A stretch of DNA of 64,000 bases from an uncultured Bacteroidales bacterium (GTDB lineage Bacteria; Bacteroidota; Bacteroidia; Bacteroidales; UBA932): NCBI GenBank assembly GCA_905235995.1, contig CAJONI010000052.1:6107-70106 (forward strand). Direction: 5' to 3'. A program made the position numbers and the translations under genes. A model generated the notes under the pieces. It worked only from the letters and a program-made list of their open reading frames with translations, made no database searches and was not told the DNA's origin. This document shows, in pieces, positions 38,132-49,200 of this stretch. The first letter of the stretch is position 1. The number at the start of each line of letters is the position of its first letter.

Positions 38132-40012
38132 ATGAGGAAATCTTTCATCGCACTCGCAGCCATCGCGCTGGCTTTTTTCGCATCCTGCAGTACTGAAACA
38201 ATCCCGGAGGATCCTTCGGACCTGATGAGCGACACCTGGGTTGCGACCGACGCCCTGGGGCGGCAGATGCCGCTGCAGGATGCTGTCGGCCCCGTCAGGG
38301 ACGGGCGGCACTTCACCGGCATCTTCTACATCACCTGGCACGGCGCCGGATGCCATAACATCCCCGGTCCGTACACCGACGTCACGAAGATACTGGAAGC
38401 TGACCCGCAGGCAAGGCTCGACGCGCACCATCCCCTCTGGAAATACGGCTCATACCACTGGGGCGAGCCTGAGGCCGGCTATTTCCTCAGCCAGGACACC
38501 TGGCTCATGCGCCGCGACCTCTCCATGCTGCAGGACGCCGGAATCGACGTGCTGATACTCGACGTGACCAACGGCGTCTGCTACTGGGATGAATGGGAGC
38601 TGCTCTTCTCCACCATGGAACAGATGCGCTCCGAAGGCAACCGCACACCGCAGTTCTGCTTCTGGTCGTTCAACAACGGGCCGGTGCGCGTGGTGAAGGA
38701 GCTCTACGAGCGCTATTACAAGCCGGAGAGATTCACGGACCTCTGGTTCCATTGGGACGGAAAGCCGCTGCTGCTCTACAATGCCAACCCTTCACAGGAC
38801 GCCAACGGCAGCTATGAGGCGACAGCCGCCGACTATCCCCAGGAAATCCTGGACTTCTTCACCCTGCGCAACATGTGGTGGGGTTACTATACCTGGGGTA
38901 ATGATCATGAATATGACGACACTCGCTACATAGGTACCGAGGACAACTGGAGTTTCGGCTACAGCATGGACGACGAAAGGATCAAGGCCATGAGCCCTGA
39001 AGAACTGGCTTCCAAGCACCTCGGGAAAGTGGAGGAGTGCGCGGTCACCCCTGCGCAGCATCCACTGGGCATGAAGGGTGTACCCATGGGCGTGGGCAAG
39101 TCCTGGACCAGGGCTTCCGGCGAGCCTGCGCTGAACGAGCGCGACATGCCCGAGGGAGGGCTTTCCGCCCTTGGCCTGTATTTCCAGGAACGCTGGGACG
39201 ACGCCCTGGCCGTGGACCCGCCCTTCATCTACCTGAACGACTGGAACGAGTGGACGGCCGGCAAATACAACTTCGGAGATACCTGGTTCCTGGGCAGGGA
39301 GAACAGTCCCTTCGCCTTCGTGGACCAGTACAATGCCGAGTTCAACCGCACCATCCAGCCCATGAAGGGAGGCTATACCGACAACTACTACATGCAGATG
39401 GCGCAGAACATACGCCGCTACAAGGGCGTGCGGCAGATTCCCGTCAACAGGGGCTATAGGAAGACAACTGTCGACGGCTCGTTCGGGGACTGGGAGAAGG
39501 TAAGGATTGAATACCGCGACACCCGCGGCGACACCGCCTGGCGCGACGCCGACGGCTATGCCGGCCTGCACTACACTGACAACAGCGGCAGGAACGACAT
39601 AGTCGTGGCGAAAGTCGCCGTCGACCGCAATGGTTCCGTGGACTTCTATGTGAAGACCGCCGCCCCACTTACGCCGCCCGCCGGACCAGACTGGATGATG
39701 CTCCTGATAGACGCCGACCGGGACGCCTCCACGGGCTGGCACGGCTATGACCTCGTGGTCAACAAAGAACTTGGGAAGCTGATGGCATATGGCGCAGATG
39801 GCTGGAATCCAGTCGCTGAGATCAGCTATGCAGCGGATGGCAACGAGCTTGAACTTGCGATACCGGTCTCGCTTCTGCAACGGGAAGGGAAGGACATCTG
39901 CTTCGATTTCAAATGGGCGGACAACTGCGGCGGCCTGGAAGACCCGATGTTCCTCCTGGGCGACACCGCTCCCAACCGACGCTTCAATTATCGTTTTATC
40001 TGGAGACCATAG
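38132..40012 (+). CDS. Uncharacterised lipoprotein, GH99/GH71-like TIM barrel plus C-terminal beta-sandwich
   Basis: GIFYITWH, HWGEP..GY, LQDAGIDVL, GKPLL, WNEW and RTIQP. Lipobox FASC. Confidence 0.55.
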   Translation: MRKSFIALAAIALAFFASCSTETIPEDPSDLMSDTWVATDALGRQMPLQDAVGPVRDGRHFTGIFYITWHGAGCHNIPGPYTDVTKILEADPQARLDAHHPLWKYGSYHWGEPEAGYFLSQDTWLMRRDLSMLQDAGIDVLILDVTNGVCYWDEWELLFSTMEQMRSEGNRTPQFCFWSFNNGPVRVVKELYERYYKPERFTDLWFHWDGKPLLLYNANPSQDANGSYEATAADYPQEILDFFTLRNMWWGYYTWGNDHEYDDTRYIGTEDNWSFGYSMDDERIKAMSPEELASKHLGKVEECAVTPAQHPLGMKGVPMGVGKSWTRASGEPALNERDMPEGGLSALGLYFQERWDDALAVDPPFIYLNDWNEWTAGKYNFGDTWFLGRENSPFAFVDQYNAEFNRTIQPMKGGYTDNYYMQMAQNIRRYKGVRQIPVNRGYRKTTVDGSFGDWEKVRIEYRDTRGDTAWRDADGYAGLHYTDNSGRNDIVVAKVAVDRNGSVDFYVKTAAPLTPPAGPDWMMLLIDADRDASTGWHGYDLVVNKELGKLMAYGADGWNPVAEISYAADGNELELAIPVSLLQREGKDICFDFKWADNCGGLEDPMFLLGDTAPNRRFNYRFIWRP

Positions 40013-40047
40013 GTTCTTTGACCAAAAATCGTTATCTTTAAGGTTCT

Positions 40048-40671
40048 ATGAGAATCCGATTCATCCTACTGCTGCTTTTCCTGCTTCCTGTGCCGCTTTT
40101 CGCACAGGAAGAGGTGGACGACAGGACCTTCGGCGGATGGGAATTCTTTGAGGTCACCAAAGACTTCGGCAGTTCGCCGATATATGCCAGCTTCTATTAC
40201 GAGCACGACAATATCCAATACCGCCGCCTGGACAACTGGTATACCCGCAGCACACTGGGCGCGAAGGTGTTTACCTGGTTGAAGGCCGCCATGCTCTACG
40301 ACTTCATGAAGGAGCCGTCCCGCGAGACCCATCACGCAATGTTCGACCTGATCGGGACCCTGAAGCCTGGCAACTTCACCATCTCCCTGCGTGAGCGCTA
40401 CCGTCACAGCTGGGATCCTTCCGCAGGCACGCAGTCCGACGAAATCCGCTCCCGCCTGAAGGTCCAGTATGCCATTCCGGGCAGCCGCTTCAGCCCCTAC
40501 GTGGCCATAGAACCGATAACCTGGACGCATTGGATCAAGACACGCCACTATGTAGCCTGCAATTACAACATCACCGACTGGTTCCAGCTGGAAGCCTATT
40601 ACCTTTATTACACCTACAGGTCGCGTCCTGACATGCATGTCATTGGCCTCGGGGCCAATTTTTACCTTTGA
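40048..40671 (+). CDS. Small outer-membrane beta-barrel (DUF2490-like)
   Basis: Signal peptide, amphipathic beta strands, SLRERY, RSRLKVQY, FSPY and terminal HVIGLGANFYL. Confidence 0.7.
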   Translation: MRIRFILLLLFLLPVPLFAQEEVDDRTFGGWEFFEVTKDFGSSPIYASFYYEHDNIQYRRLDNWYTRSTLGAKVFTWLKAAMLYDFMKEPSRETHHAMFDLIGTLKPGNFTISLRERYRHSWDPSAGTQSDEIRSRLKVQYAIPGSRFSPYVAIEPITWTHWIKTRHYVACNYNITDWFQLEAYYLYYTYRSRPDMHVIGLGANFYL

Positions 40672-40676
40672 GTATC

Positions 40677-43600
40677 ATGAAAAGAGCCTTTTACCTGCTG
40701 TTCCTTCTCCTGCCTGCCGCCTGTACGGCCCCGCAGGACAAGCCGCTCGCCTGGCAACTGCCGGTTGACGAGCAGATAAGCGTCGCAAATACCCTGGGCT
40801 GCGCCGAAGCCTCCGCGGAGCCGAACCAGTGGCTGGCTTTCCGCAGGGATGTGACGCTGGACGCGGCGCCTTCCTCGGCCAAGGCCCGCATAGCTGTCGA
40901 CAGCAAGTACTGGCTCTGGGTCAACGGACGCTCCGTGGTGTTCGAGGGAGGGCTCAAGAAAGGCCCTAATCCCCGCGACAGCTATTTCGACGAGGTGGAA
41001 CTCGCTCCCTACCTGCAGAAGGGAGAGAACCGGATCGCCCTGCTGCTCTGGTACTTCGGCAAGGACGGCTTCTCGCATCTGGGCAGCGGCCAGCCTCAGC
41101 TCTGGTTCGATTGTCCGGAGCTGGGCGATGCGCCCTGGCTTTGCCGCGTGCATCCAGCCTACGGCACTGCGGCAGATCTCCCTGAGCCGAACTACCGTCT
41201 TCCCGAATCGAGCCTGGCCTTCGACGCCCGGCAGGACATCGAGGGCTGGCAGACCGGCCCGCTCGTCGGCTTTTCGCCTGCAGTCGTGCTGGAGAGTACC
41301 CTCGGGACCCTGCATTCCCGCCCCATCCCGCAGTGGAAGGACTTCGGTGTCAAGGAAGTGGCCTTCGAGACCCGCAGCGGCGCCGAGGCCGACACGCTGG
41401 TAGCCAGGCTGCCGCGCAATATGCAGATGACGCCCATACTCAGCGTCGAGGACTCGGATGGAGGGCACCGCATCGTCATCGAGACCGACCATGCGAAGGT
41501 CGGGGAGGAGTGCCTGAGGGCCGAATACATCACCGCCCCCGGCACGCGCGAATACGAATCCCTGGGCTGGCTCAACGGCCAGCGCATCATCCTGACCGTG
41601 GAGCACGGAGCAGCAGTGAAGGCACTGAAGTACCGTGAGACTGGTTACGACACCGCTCCCGACGGCAGTTTCTCCTGCAGCGACCCCTTCTTCAACCGCT
41701 TCTGGGAGAAGGGAGTGCGGACGATCTACGTCAATGCCAGGGACAACTTCTTCGACTGCCCGGACCGCGAGCGCGGGCAGTGGTGGGGCGACATAGTCAC
41801 CATTCTGGGTGAAAGCTTCTATACCTATACTCCTTCGCTGTACCTGCTGATCCGCAAGGGAATACGCGAGCTGGCCGACTGGCAGCGCCCCGATGACAGG
41901 CTCTTCTCGCCAATCCCCGGCAACTACGGGGTGGAACTGCCCTGCCAGATGCTGGCGGCGGTTGGCCGCTACGGTTTCTGGACCTACTACATGAACACCG
42001 GCGACCTTGAGACCATAGCCCACGTCTACCCGGCCGTCAAGCGTTACCTGGCCACCTATGAAAAGGGCCCCGACGGCCTGATGGCCTGGCACGACGGCGA
42101 CTGGAACTGGGGCGACTGGGGCGACAACCGCGACATGCGCCTTCTGCAGAACATATGGTATGTGCTTGCGCTTCAGGGCGTTTCCGACATGGCCGACCTC
42201 GTGGGCGCGGAGGGGGAAGGCAGTGCCTACTGGGCGCAGATGTGCGAGCTCCGCGAGGCGATCGACAGGGTGGCCTGGATCGGTAGCTGCTACCGGCATC
42301 CCGAATACAGGGGCGAGACCGACGACCGGGTGAACGCCCTGGCTGTGCTCGCGGGAGTCGCATCCCGCGACAAATACGATGCGATCTTCGAAGTGCTCAA
42401 AAAGGAAGAGCACTCGAGTCCGTATATGGAAAAATATGTGATGGAGGCCCTCTTCGCCATAGGGCAGGGAGAGTATGCCCTGGAGAGGGAGCACAGGCGC
42501 TACGCCTTCATGGTCGACCATCCCGACTTCGACACCCTTTTCGAAAACTGGAACGTGGGTGTGGACGGCGACTGGGACTGCGGCAGCGTCAACCATGCCT
42601 GGAGCGGCGGCCCGCTGGCCGTCTTCCCGACCCGCATGTTCGGCGTGGTGCCCACCGAGCCGGGCTGGAAGGTATTCTCCGTCAGGCCCGACAAGGCCAT
42701 CTTCGACAAGGCTGCCATCTCTTTCCCGACGGTCCTCGGTACCGTTTCCCTGGATTACGACGCCTCAGCCCGTACGCTTGCGGTGGAAGTGCCGGAAGGC
42801 TCGAGGGCCGAGGTCGACATCCCCTGGGCGCATACCAGCTGCACGCTCGGCCCAGGCAGGCATGTGGTGAAGCTGCAGGACAAGCCCGAACCGGTGGCCG
42901 GCGATTTCGCCTTCCGTGACCCCGGGCAGCCCGTGGAAAAGCGCGTGAAGGACCTGATGAAACGCATGAGCCTTGAGGAAAAGGTGGCGCAGATAAGCGC
43001 CCAGCTGCTCTTCATGGACGAATACTACGACAGGCGCGATTATACCGCCGGCCATGTACGCAACGTAGGGCATTTCCTGCCTGACGGCGGGTTGAGCAAC
43101 GATCCCGCGTCCGTGGCCCGGGCCATCAACGAAGATACCCGCCGCTCCATCGAGGCCAGCCGCTGGGGGATCCCCGTGCTTCAGCACGGCGAGGCCCTGC
43201 ACGGCGCCCAGTGGGGCAATGCGACCTGCTTCCCGCAGAGCATAGCCTTCGGCGCCGCTTTCGATGAGGATCTGTACTACCGTGTGGGTCAGGTCGTTGC
43301 CGAGGAGCTTCGGGCGGTGGGGGTGCGCCAGGTCTATGCCCCCGTGATCAATATCACACGCGACCAGCGCTGGGGCCGTGGCCAGGAAAGCTACGGCGAA
43401 GACGTGCTGCTCAATTCCCGCATGGGAGTGGCCTATGTGAAGGCCCTGGAGGAAGGCGGCGTGGTGGCCACGCCCAAGCACTTCGTCGACAACTACGGCG
43501 AGGGCGGACACGATTCCTTCGCTTCCATCACGTCGTGGCGGGAGCTTCGGGAAGTGTATCTCGAACCTTTCCGCGCCTGCATAGAGGAAGGTGGCGCAAG

Positions 43601-45059
43601 GGGCGTGATGAGCGCCTACAATGCTGTCGACGGAGTGCCTGCCAGCTGCAACCCGGTCCTGCTCCGGGACATCCTGAAGAAGGAATGGGGCTTCGGCGGC
43701 ATAGTCGTCTCCGACTACGGGGCTGTGGAGATTGTACACAGCAACCATAACCTGGCCCCGAGCGACGAGGACGCGCTGGCCATGTGCCTGGAAAACGGCC
43801 TTGACCTTCAGCTCCATACGACCAGCAGGAGCCTGCTGGGCCTGGTGGAAAGCGGGAAGGTCTCGCGCAAGACGCTCGACGAGGCTGTGAGGCGTGTCCT
43901 GCGTATAAAGTTCGAACTGGGGCTCTTCGACGAGCCCTTCGTGGATCCGGAACAGGCTGCAGTGACCGTTCGTTGCGAAGAGCACCGGCAGCTCGCCTAC
44001 GAGGCGGCGGTCAAGGCCATGACCCTGCTCAAGAACGACGGCATCCTGCCCCTCAGACCCGGCAGCGTGCGCCGTATAGGAGTTTTCGGCCCGGCGGCCG
44101 ATGCCCTGAACCTGGGCGACTACAGCGGTGGCCGCGGCGGCTGGAAGGGAGAGGGAGGAGTGACCCCCTATGAAGGTCTGAAGAAAGCCTTTGCGGGAAG
44201 CTCCACCGAAATACTGCTCAACCGTCCCGGCGACGTCAATATCTTTTTCCCCACCATCACTGAAGAGGAGGGGAGCGACCGCAGCAGCTTCCTGCTGCCT
44301 TCCGCGCATGAGATGCGGTACAGGGAGCAGACTGGCGCGATAATCATAGCCGACCAGCAGCAGACGAACATCAGGATCGACCAGGAGAAGATGGTGCGCG
44401 AGCTTATCGCAAGCGGCAGACCGCTGATAGTGGTGCTGCACAACGGCAGCGTGGTCGACATCTCCGGCTGGGTCGACGGGGCTGCAGCGGTGCTCGAGGC
44501 CTGGTATTCCGGCGAGCAGGGCGGCAGGGCCATCGCCGACATCCTTACCGGGGCCCGCAATCCCGGCGGACGCCTGCCCTTCAGCTGGGCGCGTTCCATA
44601 GGCCAGAATCCCATCTATTATTCCATAAAGCCCAGTGGGAGAGGCTACGGCTATGTGGAGAACGACGGTTCGCCGCTCTATCCCTTCGGATGGGGGCTCA
44701 GCTATACTACATTTGAATACGGCGACCTGCGCATGCCTGAAAGCCTTGGGAAAGGCGAGCCGCTGAAGCTCTGCGTCACGGTGACCAATACCGGTGCCGT
44801 GGAAGGTGACGAAGTGGTGCAGCTCTACGCTCACGACGAACTTGCCTCAGTGGTACGGCCCATGAAGGAACTGGTGGCGTTCAAGCGTGTGACGCTGGCG
44901 CCGGGCGAGAGCCGGGAAGTGGAGATTGAAGTCCCATACATGCGTTTCTCCCTATGGGACAGGAACCTGGTCCGGCGCGTGGAGGAAGGTTGGTTCGAGC
45001 TCTGGCTCGGACGCAATTCCAGCGAGAGGATCCTTAGTGGAAGAGTATATGTAAAATAA
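40677..45059 (+). CDS. Fusion: GH78 alpha-L-rhamnosidase plus GH3 beta-glycosidase (with Fn3 domain)
   Basis: N part has DCPDRERGQWWGD, WGDWG, TLFENW and NHAWSG. C part has MSLEEK, EALHG, RWGRGQESYGED, KHF, VSDY, LLKND, AWYSGEQGG and PFGWGLSYT. Confidence 0.9.
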   Translation: MKRAFYLLFLLLPAACTAPQDKPLAWQLPVDEQISVANTLGCAEASAEPNQWLAFRRDVTLDAAPSSAKARIAVDSKYWLWVNGRSVVFEGGLKKGPNPRDSYFDEVELAPYLQKGENRIALLLWYFGKDGFSHLGSGQPQLWFDCPELGDAPWLCRVHPAYGTAADLPEPNYRLPESSLAFDARQDIEGWQTGPLVGFSPAVVLESTLGTLHSRPIPQWKDFGVKEVAFETRSGAEADTLVARLPRNMQMTPILSVEDSDGGHRIVIETDHAKVGEECLRAEYITAPGTREYESLGWLNGQRIILTVEHGAAVKALKYRETGYDTAPDGSFSCSDPFFNRFWEKGVRTIYVNARDNFFDCPDRERGQWWGDIVTILGESFYTYTPSLYLLIRKGIRELADWQRPDDRLFSPIPGNYGVELPCQMLAAVGRYGFWTYYMNTGDLETIAHVYPAVKRYLATYEKGPDGLMAWHDGDWNWGDWGDNRDMRLLQNIWYVLALQGVSDMADLVGAEGEGSAYWAQMCELREAIDRVAWIGSCYRHPEYRGETDDRVNALAVLAGVASRDKYDAIFEVLKKEEHSSPYMEKYVMEALFAIGQGEYALEREHRRYAFMVDHPDFDTLFENWNVGVDGDWDCGSVNHAWSGGPLAVFPTRMFGVVPTEPGWKVFSVRPDKAIFDKAAISFPTVLGTVSLDYDASARTLAVEVPEGSRAEVDIPWAHTSCTLGPGRHVVKLQDKPEPVAGDFAFRDPGQPVEKRVKDLMKRMSLEEKVAQISAQLLFMDEYYDRRDYTAGHVRNVGHFLPDGGLSNDPASVARAINEDTRRSIEASRWGIPVLQHGEALHGAQWGNATCFPQSIAFGAAFDEDLYYRVGQVVAEELRAVGVRQVYAPVINITRDQRWGRGQESYGEDVLLNSRMGVAYVKALEEGGVVATPKHFVDNYGEGGHDSFASITSWRELREVYLEPFRACIEEGGARGVMSAYNAVDGVPASCNPVLLRDILKKEWGFGGIVVSDYGAVEIVHSNHNLAPSDEDALAMCLENGLDLQLHTTSRSLLGLVESGKVSRKTLDEAVRRVLRIKFELGLFDEPFVDPEQAAVTVRCEEHRQLAYEAAVKAMTLLKNDGILPLRPGSVRRIGVFGPAADALNLGDYSGGRGGWKGEGGVTPYEGLKKAFAGSSTEILLNRPGDVNIFFPTITEEEGSDRSSFLLPSAHEMRYREQTGAIIIADQQQTNIRIDQEKMVRELIASGRPLIVVLHNGSVVDISGWVDGAAAVLEAWYSGEQGGRAIADILTGARNPGGRLPFSWARSIGQNPIYYSIKPSGRGYGYVENDGSPLYPFGWGLSYTTFEYGDLRMPESLGKGEPLKLCVTVTNTGAVEGDEVVQLYAHDELASVVRPMKELVAFKRVTLAPGESREVEIEVPYMRFSLWDRNLVRRVEEGWFELWLGRNSSERILSGRVYVK

Positions 45060-45075
45060 TATAAATCAGTGATAT

Positions 45076-46275
45076 ATGAAAAGGATTTGCGTCTTTTTGG
45101 CCCTGTGCATCGCCTTGTTCGGAACCAGCGCACAGGCCCAGCCGAAAAAGCAGGCCAAGGAAGGCCCGAAATACGATGTTGCAGCATATCTCTATCCCGC
45201 CTATGCAACGGGCGACCCGCGCCTGAGGCCTTTCTGGCCCACGGGGATGGGCGAGTGGGAGACCGTGCTGACCATGCAGCAGCGATATCCACGACACGAC
45301 TGGAACCGCCATCCCCTCTGGGGCTACATCAACGAAGCTGACCCGGCCGTGATGGAGATGGAGATCGACCAGGCCACCCGGCACGGAGTCAACGTGTTCA
45401 TCTTCGACTGGTACTGGTATGACGGTCGTCCCTGGATGGAAACCACGCTCACGGAAGGCTTCCTCAAGGCCCGCAACCGCGACAAGATGCAGTTCTACCT
45501 CATGTGGGCCAATCACAATGTCGGCAACGACTGGGACACCCGCATCTCGCATCTGTGGGAATCCAACATAGTCTATCGCGGCGGAATCGACAGGGACGAG
45601 TTCGAGAAGATATGCAGGCGCAACATCGAGCTGTTTTTCAAGCAGCCCAACTACTACAAGATCGACGGCAAGCCCGTGTTCATGATCTATGAGGTTACTA
45701 CGTTCATCGAAGGCATGGGCGGCGTGGATGCGGCCGTAGACGCCCTGAAATGGTTCAGGAACGAGGTGAAGAAGGCCGGTTTCCCCGACCTGGAACTCCA
45801 GATGGCGATGTGGGACAGCCAGTTCAACTACAGCGGAGTGGACGGGGCCAAGGTCCAGGCGGGCCGTCCCAGGAACGACTTCGCCAGGAAGCTGGGCTTC
45901 AACAGCATGTCCCACTATCAGTTCTGCCACTACATCTGGATGGACGACGAGTACGACAACATCCTTTCCAGGGCCTACGAGGAGTGGGACAAGCTGGATG
46001 CCGAGTTCGACATTCCCTACTATCCGCACGTATCCATCGGCTGGGACAACAGCCCCCGCTTCGGAGAGAGCGCCGTGGTGAAGAACAACACCCCCGACCG
46101 CTTCGAGGGCGCGCTTCGCAAGGCCAGGGCATGGCTGGACGCCCGTCCGAATATGCACAGGCTCATCACCGTCAACTCCTGGAACGAGTGGACCGAGACC
46201 AGCTACCTTCAGCCCGACGACGTATTCGGCTATGGCTATCTCGAAGCCGTGAAGAAGGTATTTGTGGATGAATAA
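45076..46275 (+). CDS. GH99-like / WbsX-family protein
   Basis: EWETV, PLWGY, FIFDWYW, MWANH, YYKIDGKPVF, GWDNSPR, NSWNEWTE..LQPD and a signal peptide. Confidence 0.8.
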   Translation: MKRICVFLALCIALFGTSAQAQPKKQAKEGPKYDVAAYLYPAYATGDPRLRPFWPTGMGEWETVLTMQQRYPRHDWNRHPLWGYINEADPAVMEMEIDQATRHGVNVFIFDWYWYDGRPWMETTLTEGFLKARNRDKMQFYLMWANHNVGNDWDTRISHLWESNIVYRGGIDRDEFEKICRRNIELFFKQPNYYKIDGKPVFMIYEVTTFIEGMGGVDAAVDALKWFRNEVKKAGFPDLELQMAMWDSQFNYSGVDGAKVQAGRPRNDFARKLGFNSMSHYQFCHYIWMDDEYDNILSRAYEEWDKLDAEFDIPYYPHVSIGWDNSPRFGESAVVKNNTPDRFEGALRKARAWLDARPNMHRLITVNSWNEWTETSYLQPDDVFGYGYLEAVKKVFVDE

Positions 46276-46287
46276 ACCCTACGCGAG

Positions 46288-49200
46288 ATGAAAAGAAGCC
46301 TGATCATCGCCCTGGCTCTGGCCGCTGCCGCCTGCTCCGGTTCCGAGGGGAACGGCGGTATCCGGAAGCAGATGGAGCTTGTGCCGTTCTCCCAGGTGCG
46401 GATAGACGACTCTTTCTGGTCGCCGAGGCTTGACGCCCACAAGGACGTGACCCTGGCAGTGTGCATCGACCAGATAGAGAACCAGACCGGACGTATCCTG
46501 AATTTCGAACGCGCGGCGCTTGGAAGGGGCAGCCATTCCGGCATCTTTTTCGACGATTCCGACGTCTACAAGGCCCTGGAGGGGATGGCCTATTCCCTGC
46601 AGAACCATCCGGATCCGGCGCTCGAGGCCAAGTGCGACGAATGGATAGACAAGTTCGCCGCGGCGCAGCAGCCCGACGGCTATATCAACACCTACTATAC
46701 ACTGACCGGCCTGGAGAACCGCTGGAAGGACATGGACAGGCACGAGATGTACTGCGCCGGCCACATGATCGAGGCTGCGGTGGCATACTACCAGGCCACC
46801 GGCAAGCGCAAGCTGCTTTATATGGGTATGCGCATGGCCGACCACATGATGAGCGTCTTCGGGCCTGAAGGACGCCACTGGATCCCCGGACATGAAGAGA
46901 TAGAGCTGGCCCTGGTGAAGCTCTACGGGGTGACGGGGGAGAAGAAATACCTCGACTTCGCCCATTGGCTGCTGGAGGAGCGCGGACATGGCCATGGCTC
47001 CTATGGCGACGGGCGTACCTGGCCTGCCCACTACTACCAGGACGAGCTGCCGGTGCGGGAGATGACCGACATTTCCGGACATGCAGTGCGTTCCATGTAC
47101 CTGTTCTGCGGCATGGCCGACGTAGCTGCGCTGACCGGTGACCGGGGCTATATGGACGCTCTCGACAGGGTCTGGGACGACGTGGTGCTGAGAAACATGT
47201 ACCTGACGGGCGGGATAGGGCAGACCTCCGCCAACGAGGGCTTCTCTACCGACTATAGCCTGCCCAACCTGAGCGCCTACTGCGAGACCTGCGCTTCCGT
47301 CGGAATGGTGCTATGGAACGCCCGCATGGCCCAGCTGAAAGGCGACGGCCGGTACTTCGACGTGCTGGAGCGCGCCATGTACAACGGCGCGCTGGCCGGT
47401 ATCTCCCTGGCGGGCGACCGCTTCTTCTATGTCAACCCGCTGGAATCCAGAGGTGACCATCACCGCCAGGAATGGTACGGCTGCGCCTGCTGTCCAAGCC
47501 AGATCTGCCGTTTCCTGCCCTCGATAGGCAACTATGTCTACGGAGTGTCTGACGATGCGCTCTGGGTGAACCTCTACATTGGCGGCGAGGCGAAGCTGGA
47601 GCTGAGCCACAAGCCCGTCACAGTCCGTCAGGAGACCGGCTATCCATGGGACGGAACGGTGAAGCTTACCCTCGGGCTCGTAAAACCCGTCAGGTCGGAG
47701 ATACGCCTGCGCATTCCCGACTGGTGCCCCGGTTTCACGGTTTGGGTGAACGGTGATGATTACACACCTGAAGTCGAGAAGGGCTATGCGGTGCTCGAAA
47801 AGCGCTGGAGGGACGGCGACGAGATCGTCCTGCAGCTGGAGATGGATCCGAAGCTGGTCCAGGCCGACCCGCGTGTGCTGGAAGATGCAGGGATGCGCGC
47901 GGTGCAGCGCGGACCGCTGGTGTACTGCATCGAAGAAGCCGACAACAGGGAGGGTTTCGACGCGCTCGCGCTGCGCGAAGATGCGGCGCTTTCCTGCCGC
48001 TTCAACCCCGGGAAACTCGGCGGAATCGTGGAGATTACCGCCGAAGGCGTGGAGAAACCCCTGCATTTCATTCCCTACTATGCCTGGGACAACCGTGAGG
48101 CGGGCAGGATGAAGGTGTGGGTGCCTCTCGAGGAAGCCGACCCCTTCGTGGGGACCGGCGGCGTGGGTCACACCTATCCCGGAGCCACCGCGCCTTTCGG
48201 GCTGGTGCAGCTAAGCCCCGATACCCACAACACCGGATGGGAAGGGGCCTCCGGATACCGGGACGAAGACAGGACCGTCATGGGCTTCTCACACACCCAT
48301 CTCAGCGGTACGGGCGGCTGCGACCTTGGCGACTTCCTCTTTACACCTGCACAGGGTGAAGTGGAGCTCACGGACGCCGGGTACCGGATTCCGCCGCTCG
48401 AATTCTCCAAGGACGGCGAAGCGGCCTACCCCGGCTTCTATGCCGTCAGGTTCAGTGACATCACCGCCGAGATGACGGCCCTTCCCCATACCGGCTGCCA
48501 TCGCTACACCTTCCTCGGGGAAGGGGAGAAGCGCATACTTGTGGACCTCCGCCACAATATCGGCGAAACCCGTCCGGGAGATATCTCCTTCCGTCAGGTT
48601 TCCAACCGGTGCATTGAAGGCGGCAGGCACACTTCAGGCTGGGCCAGGGACAGGGCAATGTACTTCAGCGCCTGGTTCTCAGTTCCTTTCACCTCGTGCG
48701 AGAGCGACGGCCACGACCGCTGGCTGCTCAGCTTCCCTTCCTGGACCCGCGAAGTGACGGTCACCGTGGGCCTGTCGACCCGCGACGCCAGGCATGCGCG
48801 CCGCAACCGTATCGCCGAGGCTCCCGTATGCGATTTCAACTCCGTGCTGGCGAATTCCCGGGCCCTGTGGAAGGAGCAGATGGACAAGGTCAAAGTCGAG
48901 GGGGGAACCGCCGTGCAGCGCAGGATCTTCAGCACTTCCCTCTACCATTGCCTCGTCGCGCCCAACATCCTGAGCGATGTGGGAGTGACGCCTTTCTACT
49001 CCACGCTCTCCCTCTGGGATACCTTCCGTGCCTGGAATCCCCTCCAGACCATAATCAACCCGGAACTGGTCAATGACATGGCAGGCAGCATGCTGGAGAT
49101 GTACGACCGCGACGGCAAGCTGCCCCTCTGGGCGCTTGGCGGGGAGGACGTAGACTGCATGATAGGATACCATTCCGTGTCCGTGATAGCCGACGCGTGG

